Shown here: positions 1-8,084 of the stretch, one piece after another
Numbering within the stretch: position 1 is the stretch's first letter
How the letters are laid out: the number at the start of each line of letters is the position of its first letter
Assembly: GCA_034927595.1 (NCBI GenBank)
Contig: JAYFPQ010000017.1
Span: forward strand, 100,544 to 164,543
DNA: 64,000 nucleotides
Reading direction: 5' to 3'
DNA from: Christensenella sp.
GTDB taxonomy: Bacteria > Bacillota > Clostridia > Christensenellales > CAG-138
The notes under the pieces: model-generated
What the model saw: the letters and a program-made list of their open reading frames with translations, nothing else
Database searches by the model: none
What the model was told of the DNA's origin: nothing
Program-made: the position numbers and the translations under genes

Positions 1-2
1 AT

Positions 3-512
3 CTTAGCCTGCTCTGTCTGGAAGAACCGGCGCTGGATGCGGGGGGCATTCCATGCTGCCGTGTTGTCTGGCCGGAGCAGAAAGCCGCGTTCGTGGACCG
101 GCTGGTTCGCGCACAGCGCGCGGTGCTGCTTTCTCCCAGTGTGGGCCTGCTCAAGCGTCTCGCGAACGGGCAGGAGGAGGACGGCGCGGGAGAGGTACTG
201 CTGCGCCGGATTCTCTGGGGAAAGTCGGTGGACATCCTGCTGGATTTCGACCCGCCGAAGTTCCGCCGCGGCACGTATTTTGCGCAGATTGCGGAGGCGG
301 TTGACAGCCTGACCTCCATGGGCGTCGGCGTATTCGCCTATTCGCCCTGCGAAGCTGCGACGGTTACTGCATGCTCGCTCGTGACGGAACGCGACGTGAT
401 CGACGCCAAACAAAGCGGGCAGAAGACGATTCTCTGCGCGACGGAGGCAATCGTAACCCCGCTGGCGGTCGACACCGCGAAGGAACTGCAAATCAATATT
501 GAGCGTGTGTGA
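3..512 (+). CDS. 5'-truncated CDS of unknown function, first visible gene of the microcompartment operon
   Basis: Frame 3 is open from nt 3 (no stop before the Met listed at 93) and ends at TGA 510-512, just upstream of the first BMC vertex gene. Same strand and tight spacing as the BMC genes. I cannot assign the 169 visible residues to a family. Confidence 0.35.
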   Translation, partial: LSLLCLEEPALDAGGIPCCRVVWPEQKAAFVDRLVRAQRAVLLSPSVGLLKRLANGQEEDGAGEVLLRRILWGKSVDILLDFDPPKFRRGTYFAQIAEAVDSLTSMGVGVFAYSPCEAATVTACSLVTERDVIDAKQSGQKTILCATEAIVTPLAVDTAKELQINIERV

Positions 513-628
513 CAAAACACAAACACACAGGCGAAAAGCATAATTGAGCGTGTGTGACAGAACAGAATACACAGGGTGGAAGCATATTAAGCGTGTGTGA
601 CGAAACAGTGCACACAGGGGAGTAGCAT
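498..628 (+). repeat. Three tandem units (45+43+43 nt) of a gene junction: last 4 codons + TGA + (TG)n/(CA)n hairpin-capable spacer + SD-like block
   Basis: ATTGAGCGTGTGTGAC at 498 and 543, ATTAAGCGTGTGTGAC at 586. Units end in GGCGAAAAGCATA, GGGTGGAAGCAT and GGGGAGTAGCAT; only the last is followed by ATG 629. Confidence 0.9.
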
Positions 629-931
629 ATGATGATTGGAGTCGTAAAGGGCAGCGTGGTCAGCACAAACAAATCCGAAACGCTGCTGGGCTTAAAGTTG
701 CTGGTGGTCGTTCCGCTGGATCTGGACACCATGCAGCCCAAGGGGAATCCGCTGGTGGCGATTGACGCGGTCGGCGCAGGCGAGGGCGAGGTCGTTATGT
801 GCTGCAGTGGCAGCTCCTCGCGCCAGACCGCGTTTACAGACGGCAAACCCAGCGATCTGGCGATCATCGCCATCATCGACTCCATCGACATGCGCGGATC
901 GCGCGTGTTTGAAAAGTATACGAGTAACTAA
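629..931 (+). CDS. BMC vertex pentamer protein (EutN/CcmL/PduN family), paralog 1
   Basis: 100 aa. MIGVVKGSVVSTNK..LLGLKLLVV..VAIDAVGAGEGEVV..AIIAIID matches the EutN/CcmL fold pattern. A purine-rich SD (GGGGAG) lies just upstream. Confidence 0.92.
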   Translation: MMIGVVKGSVVSTNKSETLLGLKLLVVVPLDLDTMQPKGNPLVAIDAVGAGEGEVVMCCSGSSSRQTAFTDGKPSDLAIIAIIDSIDMRGSRVFEKYTSN

Positions 932-963
932 CCCGCCGAGCCGCGGGCGGAAAAGAGGACAAT

Positions 964-2361
964 ATGGCATATTCGGATACGCAGATCGACAGCATCATCA
1001 GCGAAACGCTGGCAAAATTTCAGCATCAATCCCCACGCTCCCAGGGCGGCTGGCTCTGCGACACGGCGGAGGAAGCGATTGCAAACGCGAAAGCCGCGCA
1101 GAAGGAACTCATTAAACTACCGCTCGAAAAGCGCGGTCGTTTTATCGAGGCCATGCGCAAGGCCGCGCTAAACAACGCGGAGTATCTGGCGCGCCTCGCG
1201 AACGAGGAGACCGGCTATGGCCGCGTTCCGGACAAGATAGCAAAGAACATGCTCGCGGCGGAAAAGACGCCGGGCATTGAGGACCTGCACGCGCAGGCAT
1301 TTACGGGTGACTACGGGCTCACGCTGGTGGAAGCCGCGCCGTATGGCGTCATCGGCTCCATTACGCCGTCCACCAACCCGACGTCCACGGTCATCAACAA
1401 CTCCATCAGCATGATTGCGGCGGGCAACGCCGTGGTGTTCAACCCGCATCCGGCGGCAAAGCGCGCCTCGCAGGAGACCATGCGCATTCTCAACGAAGCC
1501 ATCGTGGCGGCGGGCGGGCCCTGCTGCCTGATTACGACCGTCAAGGAGCCGACGCTCGAAAGCGGCAAGACGATTATGGAGTCAAAGGACATTCCGCTGC
1601 TCTCCGTCACCGGCGGCGAAGCGGTGGTCAGCGTCGCGATGCGCACCGGCAAGAAGGTCATCGCCGCGGGGCCGGGCAATCCGCCCGTCATCGTGGACGA
1701 CACCGCCGTCATTAAGAAGGCGGCAAAGGACATCGTCGACGGCGCAAGCTTCGACAACAATGTGGTCTGCATCGCCGAAAAAGAGGTCTTTGCCTATGCA
1801 ACCATCATCGACGAGCTGGTCGCGCAGATGCAGCTTAACGGCGCCTATCTCGTTTCCGGTGCGGACATCGATAAAATTGTCAACACCGTTCTGGTCAAGC
1901 AGAACGATCAATATGTAATCAACCGCAAGTATGTTGGGCGAAATGCTGCCGTGATCCTCAAGGACAGCGGCGTGAGCTACAACGGCGATCCGCGCCTCGT
2001 GATTGCGCGCGTGGACAAGAATCATCCGTTCGTGCGCACCGAGATGCTCATGCCCGTGCTGGGTATTTGCAGTGTCAAGGACATCGACGAGGCGGTGGAG
2101 GAGGCGCTCTGTGCCGAGCAGGGACGCCAGCACTCCGCGATGATCCACTCGACAAACATCAAGCACCTCACCTACGCGGCAGCCGCGCTGAACACGACGG
2201 TGTTCGTCAAGAACGCGCCGTCGTACGCGGGGCTGGGATTCCAAGCGGAGGGGTACACCACGCTGACCATCGCAACGCCGACCGGCGAGGGCCTCACGAG
2301 CGCAAAATCCTTTACGCGCGCGCGCCGCTGCGTGCTGCACGGCGACCTCCGGATCGTATAA
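964..2361 (+). CDS. CoA-acylating aldehyde dehydrogenase (PduP/EutE type)
   Basis: 465 aa, aldehyde dehydrogenase superfamily with AAGNAVVFNPHP, GPGNPPVIVDDTA and a catalytic Cys context FDNNVVCIAEKE. Embedded among shell genes. The N-terminal ~30 aa look like an amphipathic helix plus linker. Confidence 0.92.
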   Translation: MAYSDTQIDSIISETLAKFQHQSPRSQGGWLCDTAEEAIANAKAAQKELIKLPLEKRGRFIEAMRKAALNNAEYLARLANEETGYGRVPDKIAKNMLAAEKTPGIEDLHAQAFTGDYGLTLVEAAPYGVIGSITPSTNPTSTVINNSISMIAAGNAVVFNPHPAAKRASQETMRILNEAIVAAGGPCCLITTVKEPTLESGKTIMESKDIPLLSVTGGEAVVSVAMRTGKKVIAAGPGNPPVIVDDTAVIKKAAKDIVDGASFDNNVVCIAEKEVFAYATIIDELVAQMQLNGAYLVSGADIDKIVNTVLVKQNDQYVINRKYVGRNAAVILKDSGVSYNGDPRLVIARVDKNHPFVRTEMLMPVLGICSVKDIDEAVEEALCAEQGRQHSAMIHSTNIKHLTYAAAALNTTVFVKNAPSYAGLGFQAEGYTTLTIATPTGEGLTSAKSFTRARRCVLHGDLRIV

Positions 2362-2386
2362 AAACGCGCAACCGAAAGACGGAATT

Positions 2387-3709
2387 ATGGCAGATTTACT
2401 GGAAAACATCAGAAACGCGGGCGTGGTTGGCGCAGGCGGCGCGGGGTTTCCCACGCACGTGAAGGTCAACTGCAAGGCGGAGGTCGTGATTGCCAACGGC
2501 GCGGAGTGTGAGCCGCTGCTCAACGTGGATCAATACGCCATGCGGAACAGCGCGCAAGAGGTTGTCGCCGGGCTCGAAACGGCAATGCAGATCACAGGCG
2601 CAAAACGGGGTGTGATCTGCACAAAGGAGCATTATCACGACGCGGTTGCCGCGCTCACGCAGGCGCTTAAGGGAAACGAGCGTGTTTCACTCAAACTGCT
2701 CAAGAGCACCTATCCCGCGGGCGACGAGCAGGTGATGGTCTATGAGGTGACGGGTAAGGTCGTGCCCACGGGTGGGCTGCCGCTCGATGCGGGCGCGGTT
2801 GTGCTCAACGTGAGCACGCTGATCAACGTGCACCGCGCGCAGGCGGGCATTCCGGTGACGAGCAAGGTTGTGACCGTCTCCGGCGAGGTAAATACACCCG
2901 TTACGCTGGAGGTTCCGATTGGTACGCCGTATCAGGCGCTGATCTCCCGCGCGGGCGGGCCGAGTAGCGCGGAAGGCTACGTTGCCGTGATCGGCGGGCC
3001 CTGCATGGGCGCGCTGGAGCGCGACTGGAGCAAGCCGGTGACCAAGACCACGGGCGGCATCATCGTGCTCAAGGCGGATCATCCGCTGGTCTGCACGAAA
3101 ACGCAGAACTACGAGCGCGACGTGAAGCTCGCCACGGCCGTCTGCTGCCAGTGCAGCCTCTGCACACAGATGTGCCCGCGAAACGCGCTGGGGCTCAGGG
3201 TGGAGCCGCACAAGGCCATGCGCGCCGTCGCAAACAACGACGGAAAGCTACTGGGCGACGTCAACGGCGTGTTCTCCTGTTGCAGCTGCGGACTTTGCAC
3301 CTACTATGCGTGCAATTTCGGACTCAACCCGGCGGCCATGATGACGCGGATGAAGGAAGGCCTGAGCCGCGCGGGCATCAAGCCCGAAAAGCGAATTGCC
3401 TACCCGGTTTCGGACGGCTACAGCATGACGAAACTGCCGACCTACCGGCTGGAATCGCGGCTTGGCGTTTCGCAATACGAGGCCAACGCGCCGTTCGTGC
3501 GCGAGGAACTGCCGGTTTCGCGGGTGACGATTCCGCTCAAGATGCACATCGGCGCGCCGTCGGAACCCGTCGTCACGGTTGGAACCCACGTGAAGAAGGG
3601 CGATCTGATTGCGCGGATTCCGGAGGGAAAGATGGGCGCAAACATTCATGCCAGCGTGGACGGAGCGATACTGGCCGTCGACGGGCAGAGCATCACGATA
3701 CAGCGATAG
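2387..3709 (+). CDS. pduS: PduS-like Fe-S flavoprotein (RnfC/NuoF-like, BMC-associated electron shuttle)
   Basis: 440 aa. N-terminal GVVGAGGAGFPTHVK nucleotide-binding motif and two ferredoxin-type Cys clusters, CCQCSLCTQMCP and CCSCGLCTYYAC. Located in the shell-gene cluster. Confidence 0.85.
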   Translation: MADLLENIRNAGVVGAGGAGFPTHVKVNCKAEVVIANGAECEPLLNVDQYAMRNSAQEVVAGLETAMQITGAKRGVICTKEHYHDAVAALTQALKGNERVSLKLLKSTYPAGDEQVMVYEVTGKVVPTGGLPLDAGAVVLNVSTLINVHRAQAGIPVTSKVVTVSGEVNTPVTLEVPIGTPYQALISRAGGPSSAEGYVAVIGGPCMGALERDWSKPVTKTTGGIIVLKADHPLVCTKTQNYERDVKLATAVCCQCSLCTQMCPRNALGLRVEPHKAMRAVANNDGKLLGDVNGVFSCCSCGLCTYYACNFGLNPAAMMTRMKEGLSRAGIKPEKRIAYPVSDGYSMTKLPTYRLESRLGVSQYEANAPFVREELPVSRVTIPLKMHIGAPSEPVVTVGTHVKKGDLIARIPEGKMGANIHASVDGAILAVDGQSITIQR

Positions 3710-3718
3710 GAGCGATTC

Positions 3719-4267
3719 ATGGAAGCACTGGGAATGATCGAATGTCAGAGTATTCCAAAGGGAATTGAAACGGCGGACGCCATGCTCAAGACGGCGGCGG
3801 TGTCGCTGTTGACGGCGCAAGCGGTCTGCGCGGGAAAATACATTGTGCTGATTTCGGGGGACGTTGCCGCCGTCACCGCCAGCGTGGACGCGGGCAAGGC
3901 GCTCTGCGGCGCGAGCCTGATCGACAGCCTCGTGATTCCGAGCGTCCATCCGCAGGTGCTCGCGGCAACCGTCGCCTGCAGCGACGTGCCAAAGCCGAGC
4001 GCACTCGGTATCTTGGAGTCGTTTTCGCTCTGCGTGAGCATCAAGGTTGCGGATGCGGCGGTCAAGGCGGCGGATATCTCGCTCATCGAGATTCGCCTCG
4101 GCAGAGGGCTCGGCGGTAAGGCGTTTGTCGTCTTTACCGGGGACGTTTCCGCCTGCGAGGCGGCGGTGCGCGCGGCGGAGCAGGTGGAGGGCGCGCAGGG
4201 CATGCTTTCGCAGTCCGTCGTGATTCCCTCGCCGAACATGGACCTGGTTCGCCAGTCCATCTATTAA
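3719..4267 (+). CDS. pduT: Tandem-BMC-domain shell protein (BMC-T, PduT-like)
   Basis: 182 aa with two BMC domains (EALGMIECQSIPKGIETADAMLK.. and ALGILESFSLCVSIKVADAAVK..). Cys37 in AVCAGKY sits at the position of the PduT 4Fe-4S ligand. Confidence 0.85.
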   Translation: MEALGMIECQSIPKGIETADAMLKTAAVSLLTAQAVCAGKYIVLISGDVAAVTASVDAGKALCGASLIDSLVIPSVHPQVLAATVACSDVPKPSALGILESFSLCVSIKVADAAVKAADISLIEIRLGRGLGGKAFVVFTGDVSACEAAVRAAEQVEGAQGMLSQSVVIPSPNMDLVRQSIY

Positions 4268-4288
4268 GAGCGAAACGGAGGGCGGTTT

Positions 4289-4573
4289 ATGTATACCGGA
4301 ACGGTCATCGGAACCGTGGTTGCGACAAAAAAATACGAAACGCTGTCCGGTATCAAGCTGCTGGTGGTGGAGACGATTGAAAACGGCAAGCCCGCGAAGG
4401 TCATCGTTGCTGCGGACGCGACGCGGCAGGCGGGGTTTGGCGATTTCGTATACCTGATTGGCTCCAAGGAAGCCTCGCTGCTCTTTCGGCAGAAGATGGT
4501 TCCGGTGGACGCGGCGATCGCCGGGTTTATCGACACCTATGACGTAGTAATTCAAAAGGAGAAACAAGCATGA
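4289..4573 (+). CDS. BMC vertex pentamer protein (EutN/CcmL family), paralog 2
   Basis: 94 aa. [43 protein letters not shown] matches the EutN/CcmL pattern. ATGA overlap with the next gene. Confidence 0.9.
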   Translation: MYTGTVIGTVVATKKYETLSGIKLLVVETIENGKPAKVIVAADATRQAGFGDFVYLIGSKEASLLFRQKMVPVDAAIAGFIDTYDVVIQKEKQA

Positions 4574-4881
4574 AACTCGCACTCGGAATGGTAGAAACAA
4601 AAGGTTTGGTCGGCGCAATTGAAGCGGCGGACGCCATGGTCAAGGCGGCGAACGTTCAACTCGTCGGCAAGGAAAAGATCGGCTCCGGCCTCGTGACCGT
4701 GATGGTGCGCGGGGACGTTGGCGCGGTGAAGGCCAGCGTCGAGGCGGGCGCGGCCGCGGCAAAGCGCGTTGGCGAGCTGTACTCGGTGCACGTCATCCCC
4801 AGCCCGCATGAGGACGTTGAGCAGCTCTTGGGTGAACAGCCGAAGGCGAAGGCGCCGCAAAAGGCCGCCGCGAAGAACTAG
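4570..4881 (+). CDS. BMC-H hexamer shell protein (PduA/EutM type) with Lys/Ala/Pro-rich C-terminal tail
   Basis: 103 aa. [58 protein letters not shown] is a canonical single BMC domain. Confidence 0.95.
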   Translation: MKLALGMVETKGLVGAIEAADAMVKAANVQLVGKEKIGSGLVTVMVRGDVGAVKASVEAGAAAAKRVGELYSVHVIPSPHEDVEQLLGEQPKAKAPQKAAAKN

Positions 4882-4890
4882 GGCGAGCGT

Positions 4891-5178
4891 ATGCGATTGG
4901 CCAGAGTCGTCGGAAACGTGGTTTCCACCGTCAAGGAACGCACGCACAGCAACTATAAGCTGCTGATCGTGCAGTATCTCGACGGCGAGGGAAACCCCGT
5001 GGAAACCGAACAGATTGTGTTTGACGGAGCCGACGCGGGCGTTGGCGATCTTGTGCTGGTCAATGTGGACGGCGGCGCGGCGAAGATGGTGCTGCACGAT
5101 AAGGAGATCATTGCCGACAACACGGTTTGCGGCGTGATTGACCACTGGACGTTCGACGGGAAGGTGACGGGAAAATGA
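4891..5178 (+). CDS. BMC vertex pentamer protein (EutN/CcmL family), paralog 3
   Basis: 95 aa. MRLARVVGNVVSTVKERTHSNYKLLIVQ..FDGADAGVGDLVLV matches the EutN/CcmL pattern. ATGA overlap with deoC. Confidence 0.9.
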   Translation: MRLARVVGNVVSTVKERTHSNYKLLIVQYLDGEGNPVETEQIVFDGADAGVGDLVLVNVDGGAAKMVLHDKEIIADNTVCGVIDHWTFDGKVTGK

Positions 5179-5915
5179 ACATCAACGAAGTAGTACAAAA
5201 GGTGACCGAAGAGGTCTATAAACAGATGGGCGCGAGTGTAAAGCCGGCGCCGGCTTCCGGTGGAAATCCGGAATTGGCGGGGCACATTGAGCACTCGATT
5301 CTAAACCCCGATATGACGCGCGAAAAGATCATCAAGGAATGTGCGCTGGCGAAACAATACAAGTTTGCCAACGTCTGCGTGACGCCGTATTTCGTCCGCG
5401 AGGCGGCGGAGGCGCTCAAGAGCTGCAACGTCGGCATCTGCGCGCCGGTCGGTTTTCCGCAGGGCGCGGCGAGCACGACGGCGAAACTCTGCGAAATCAA
5501 GGAGTGCGTGGCAAACGGCGCAACGGAGCTGGACGTTGAGCTGAACATCGTCGCCATCAAGTCCGGCGAGTTCGACGAGGTCAAGCGCGAGCTCAAGGCA
5601 ATGATCGACGCGGCGGGTTTTGGCGTGAAGGTCAAGGCGATTTACGAACAGGGGCTCCTGACGGACGACGAAAAACGTAAAACCCTGGAGATCATTCGGG
5701 ACGTTGCGCCCGCTTACGTGAAAATATCCAACGCGTTGACCGGCAAGGCCGCCTGCAAGGACGACGTTGCGTTCGTCAAGGGCATCGTTGGCGACGCGGT
5801 GAAGATTAAGATTGACGGCGGCATCAAGACCGCGGCGTTTGCGAGCGAAATTCTCGCGTCCGGTGCGGATCGCATCGGCTGCTCTGCGTCGGTTGCCATC
5901 GTAACGGGCGCGTAA
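5175..5915 (+). CDS. deoC: Deoxyribose-phosphate aldolase (class I DERA) with ~35-aa N-terminal extension
   Basis: 246 aa. The core aligns with B. subtilis-type DeoC (..KFANVCVTPYFV.., VGFPQGA, ATELDVELN, VKAIYE, Schiff-base Lys in YVKISN, ..GADRIGCSA..). Extra N-terminus: MNINEVVQKVTEEVYKQMGASVKPAPASGGNPE. Confidence 0.9.
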   Translation: MNINEVVQKVTEEVYKQMGASVKPAPASGGNPELAGHIEHSILNPDMTREKIIKECALAKQYKFANVCVTPYFVREAAEALKSCNVGICAPVGFPQGAASTTAKLCEIKECVANGATELDVELNIVAIKSGEFDEVKRELKAMIDAAGFGVKVKAIYEQGLLTDDEKRKTLEIIRDVAPAYVKISNALTGKAACKDDVAFVKGIVGDAVKIKIDGGIKTAAFASEILASGADRIGCSASVAIVTGA

Positions 5916-5927
5916 GGCTCGCTGAAG

Positions 5928-6689
5928 ATGGAACTCAACCTCAAGGGTAAGCATGCGATTGTCACAGGCGGCAGCCGGGGGCTGGGCGTCGCCATCTGCG
6001 AGCGGCTCGCGCGCGAGGGGGCGGACGTGCTCCTGACCTACGTTGCCAACGCGGCAATGGCCGAAGAGGTCGTTAAGCGACTGACCGGTGAGTACGGGGT
6101 GCAGGCGGCGTGTTTGCGCGCGGACGTCTCCGTTGAGACGGATGTGCAGGCGCTGTTTCGCTTTGCAAAAGAGATGTTCCAAACGGTGGACGTTCTTGTG
6201 AACAACGCGGGGATATGTCCGGTTTCGCTCATCAAGGATACGTCACTGGAGACCTGGAACCGCGTCATGGCGGTCAACATGGGCGGCGTGTTTCTCTGCT
6301 GTCGGGAGATGGTGAATCTTGCGATTGCACAGGGTAGACCTGCGTCTATCATTAACGTTGCCTCGGCGACGGCGTATTTCGGCTCCAAGAATGGCAAGAC
6401 GCACTACGCCGCGAGCAAGGGTGGGGTGATCTCGTTCACCGTATCGCTCGCCAAAGAGGTCGCGGCCTATGGAATCCGCGTCAACGCCATTGCGCCGGGC
6501 ATCATGTATACCGACATGACGGCGGAGCTGTTGGAGCGCGACGCGGAACACTATCGTAAACAGATTCCGATCGGGCGGATCGCGGCGCTCGACGAGGTGG
6601 CCGCGGCGGTGGCGTTTCTCGCGGGGGACGCGTCCTCTTACATGACCGGCGCAACACTCGATCTCAGCGGCGGACAATGCGGACGCTGA
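5928..6689 (+). CDS. Short-chain dehydrogenase/reductase (FabG-like SDR)
   Basis: 253 aa with TGGSRGLG cofactor motif, NNAG and catalytic YAASK. Last gene before the operon terminator. Confidence 0.9.
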   Translation: MELNLKGKHAIVTGGSRGLGVAICERLAREGADVLLTYVANAAMAEEVVKRLTGEYGVQAACLRADVSVETDVQALFRFAKEMFQTVDVLVNNAGICPVSLIKDTSLETWNRVMAVNMGGVFLCCREMVNLAIAQGRPASIINVASATAYFGSKNGKTHYAASKGGVISFTVSLAKEVAAYGIRVNAIAPGIMYTDMTAELLERDAEHYRKQIPIGRIAALDEVAAAVAFLAGDASSYMTGATLDLSGGQCGR

Positions 6690-6759
6690 GTTGAGTGAAT
6701 GAAACGTCTCTGGCGCCGAACGGCGCCTCTTGTTTAGAAAAAGACATCACAACAGAAAA

Positions 6760-6784
6760 CCGCCCGTTTGGGCGGATTTTTTTG
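6760..6784. terminator. Bidirectional intrinsic terminator between the BMC operon and convergent araR
   Basis: CCGCCC-GTTT-GGGCGG hairpin with an A-run upstream and a run of eight T downstream. Confidence 0.8.
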
Positions 6785-6826
6785 TGTATGTCGTTCAAAA
6801 GAGTATTTCGAAAGAGTCCTCTCGTA

Positions 6827-7879
6827 TTATGTTTCGCTTGTCTCCCAGGGCATGACGAGGCTTTCTCCATCGTCTCCATTCAGAATGGCAATCATCCGCT
6901 CCGCGGTCTGCTGGCCGAGCTTTTCCTTGGGATGTTCCAGCGAGCGAAAATCGACGCATTGTTTTCCGGTGATCGTTCCGTCAAAGCTGCGAACGGCGGT
7001 CACGCTGCCGGGGTTCGTCTCCAGATAGGCGAGCAATTGCGAAGCGACTTCGTCGTTGTAGCAAACAATCGCGGTGCATTCCGCGGTGAACCGCGTAACG
7101 TCGAGCTGGAGCTCAACCGAGCGCTTGGATTCGGTGCTGAACCAAAGCACGTAATCGTCGTCCACGCGAAGGTCGGCCTGCGTCAGCGCGTCAATGTAGC
7201 CGGAGAAACGGCGGATGCCCTGAAGGTCGTCGCTTTTGAAGATGCCGCCAATCGAACGGTGCCCGAGCGCAATGAGCTCGTTGGTGAGCTCGCGTGCTCC
7301 GCCGTAATCGTCCGTCACGACGGTAACAACCTTGCATTTTGGCTCCGTAATGAGTTCCGGATAATACCCGTTAAAAAAGACGAGAGGGGTGTTCTTGCAG
7401 GCAAGGTCGCGGTAAAACGACAGGTTCGGGTTGGGCAGCGCCGTTTTTGTTCCTTCGACGATGATGCCGTCCACCGTATTTACGGAGAGATGGTGCAAGA
7501 TATCTCGCTCTTTGGCGATGCTGTTGTTCGTTGCCATGAGCTGAATGGAATAGCCGTTGCGCGTGGCGGCTTCCTCGATGCCGCGCAGAATGTAGGGGAA
7601 AATATAGGTGCTGATATAGGTGGTGATAACCGCGATGCGCATCGTCTTTTTCATGTGCTGCGCGCGGCTGGATACATAGGACCCGCTGCCTTGAACCTTG
7701 CTGATCAGGCCGTTTCGTTCCAACAGTTCCAGTGCCTGACGCACCGTCTGACGGCTGACCGCATATTGCTCCGCAAGCTCCAACTCCGTTGGCAGTTTGT
7801 CGCCGGAGGTGTAGGAGCCGTCACCAATTGCAGCAGTGATTGTTGCGTAAAGTTGTAGGTACTTCTTCTGTGAACTCAC
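6827..7879 (-). CDS. araR: AraR-type regulator (GntR HTH + LacI/PBP1-like sugar-binding domain)
   Basis: 350 aa, GTG start with AGGAG SD. N-terminus KLPTELELAEQYAVSRQTVRQALELLERNGLISKVQGSGSYV is a GntR HTH. RIAVITTYISTYIFPYILRGIEEA..NGYSIQLMATNNS..VDGIIVEGTKTAL closely parallels B. subtilis AraR. Confidence 0.88.
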   Translation of the reverse strand: MSSQKKYLQLYATITAAIGDGSYTSGDKLPTELELAEQYAVSRQTVRQALELLERNGLISKVQGSGSYVSSRAQHMKKTMRIAVITTYISTYIFPYILRGIEEAATRNGYSIQLMATNNSIAKERDILHHLSVNTVDGIIVEGTKTALPNPNLSFYRDLACKNTPLVFFNGYYPELITEPKCKVVTVVTDDYGGARELTNELIALGHRSIGGIFKSDDLQGIRRFSGYIDALTQADLRVDDDYVLWFSTESKRSVELQLDVTRFTAECTAIVCYNDEVASQLLAYLETNPGSVTAVRSFDGTITGKQCVDFRSLEHPKEKLGQQTAERMIAILNGDDGESLVMPWETSET

Positions 7880-7906
7880 AAAATTTGCTCCTGAACTTAT
7901 TTGCTA

Positions 7907-7918
7907 TATTGTACAATA
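7907..7918. promoter_or_regulatory. Perfect 12-nt palindrome TATTGTACAATA, 28 nt upstream of the araR start (candidate auto-operator)
   Basis: Read directly. Contains TTGTAC/GTACAA half-sites like the AraR box core as I recall it, but without the central spacer. Confidence 0.4.
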
Positions 7919-8054
7919 CATCCCAAGCGTAAGGCAAGTGCGTTTCATAAATACATATTTTTTCAAACAGGAGGAAATAAAAACGCAAATCCTATAAATA
8001 GAATATTGACTAAGAAAAATCTTCGAAAAAACAACGATATGTATGTAAGATGTA

Positions 8055-8084
8055 TTGACAAGACGAATTTGACACTGCTATTAT
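8055..8084 (+). promoter_or_regulatory. Putative sigma-A promoter of hydrolase-fusion gene A
   Basis: TTGACA (8055-8060), 18-nt spacer, TATTAT (8079-8084). The context is nearly identical to the promoter at 10765. Confidence 0.45.
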
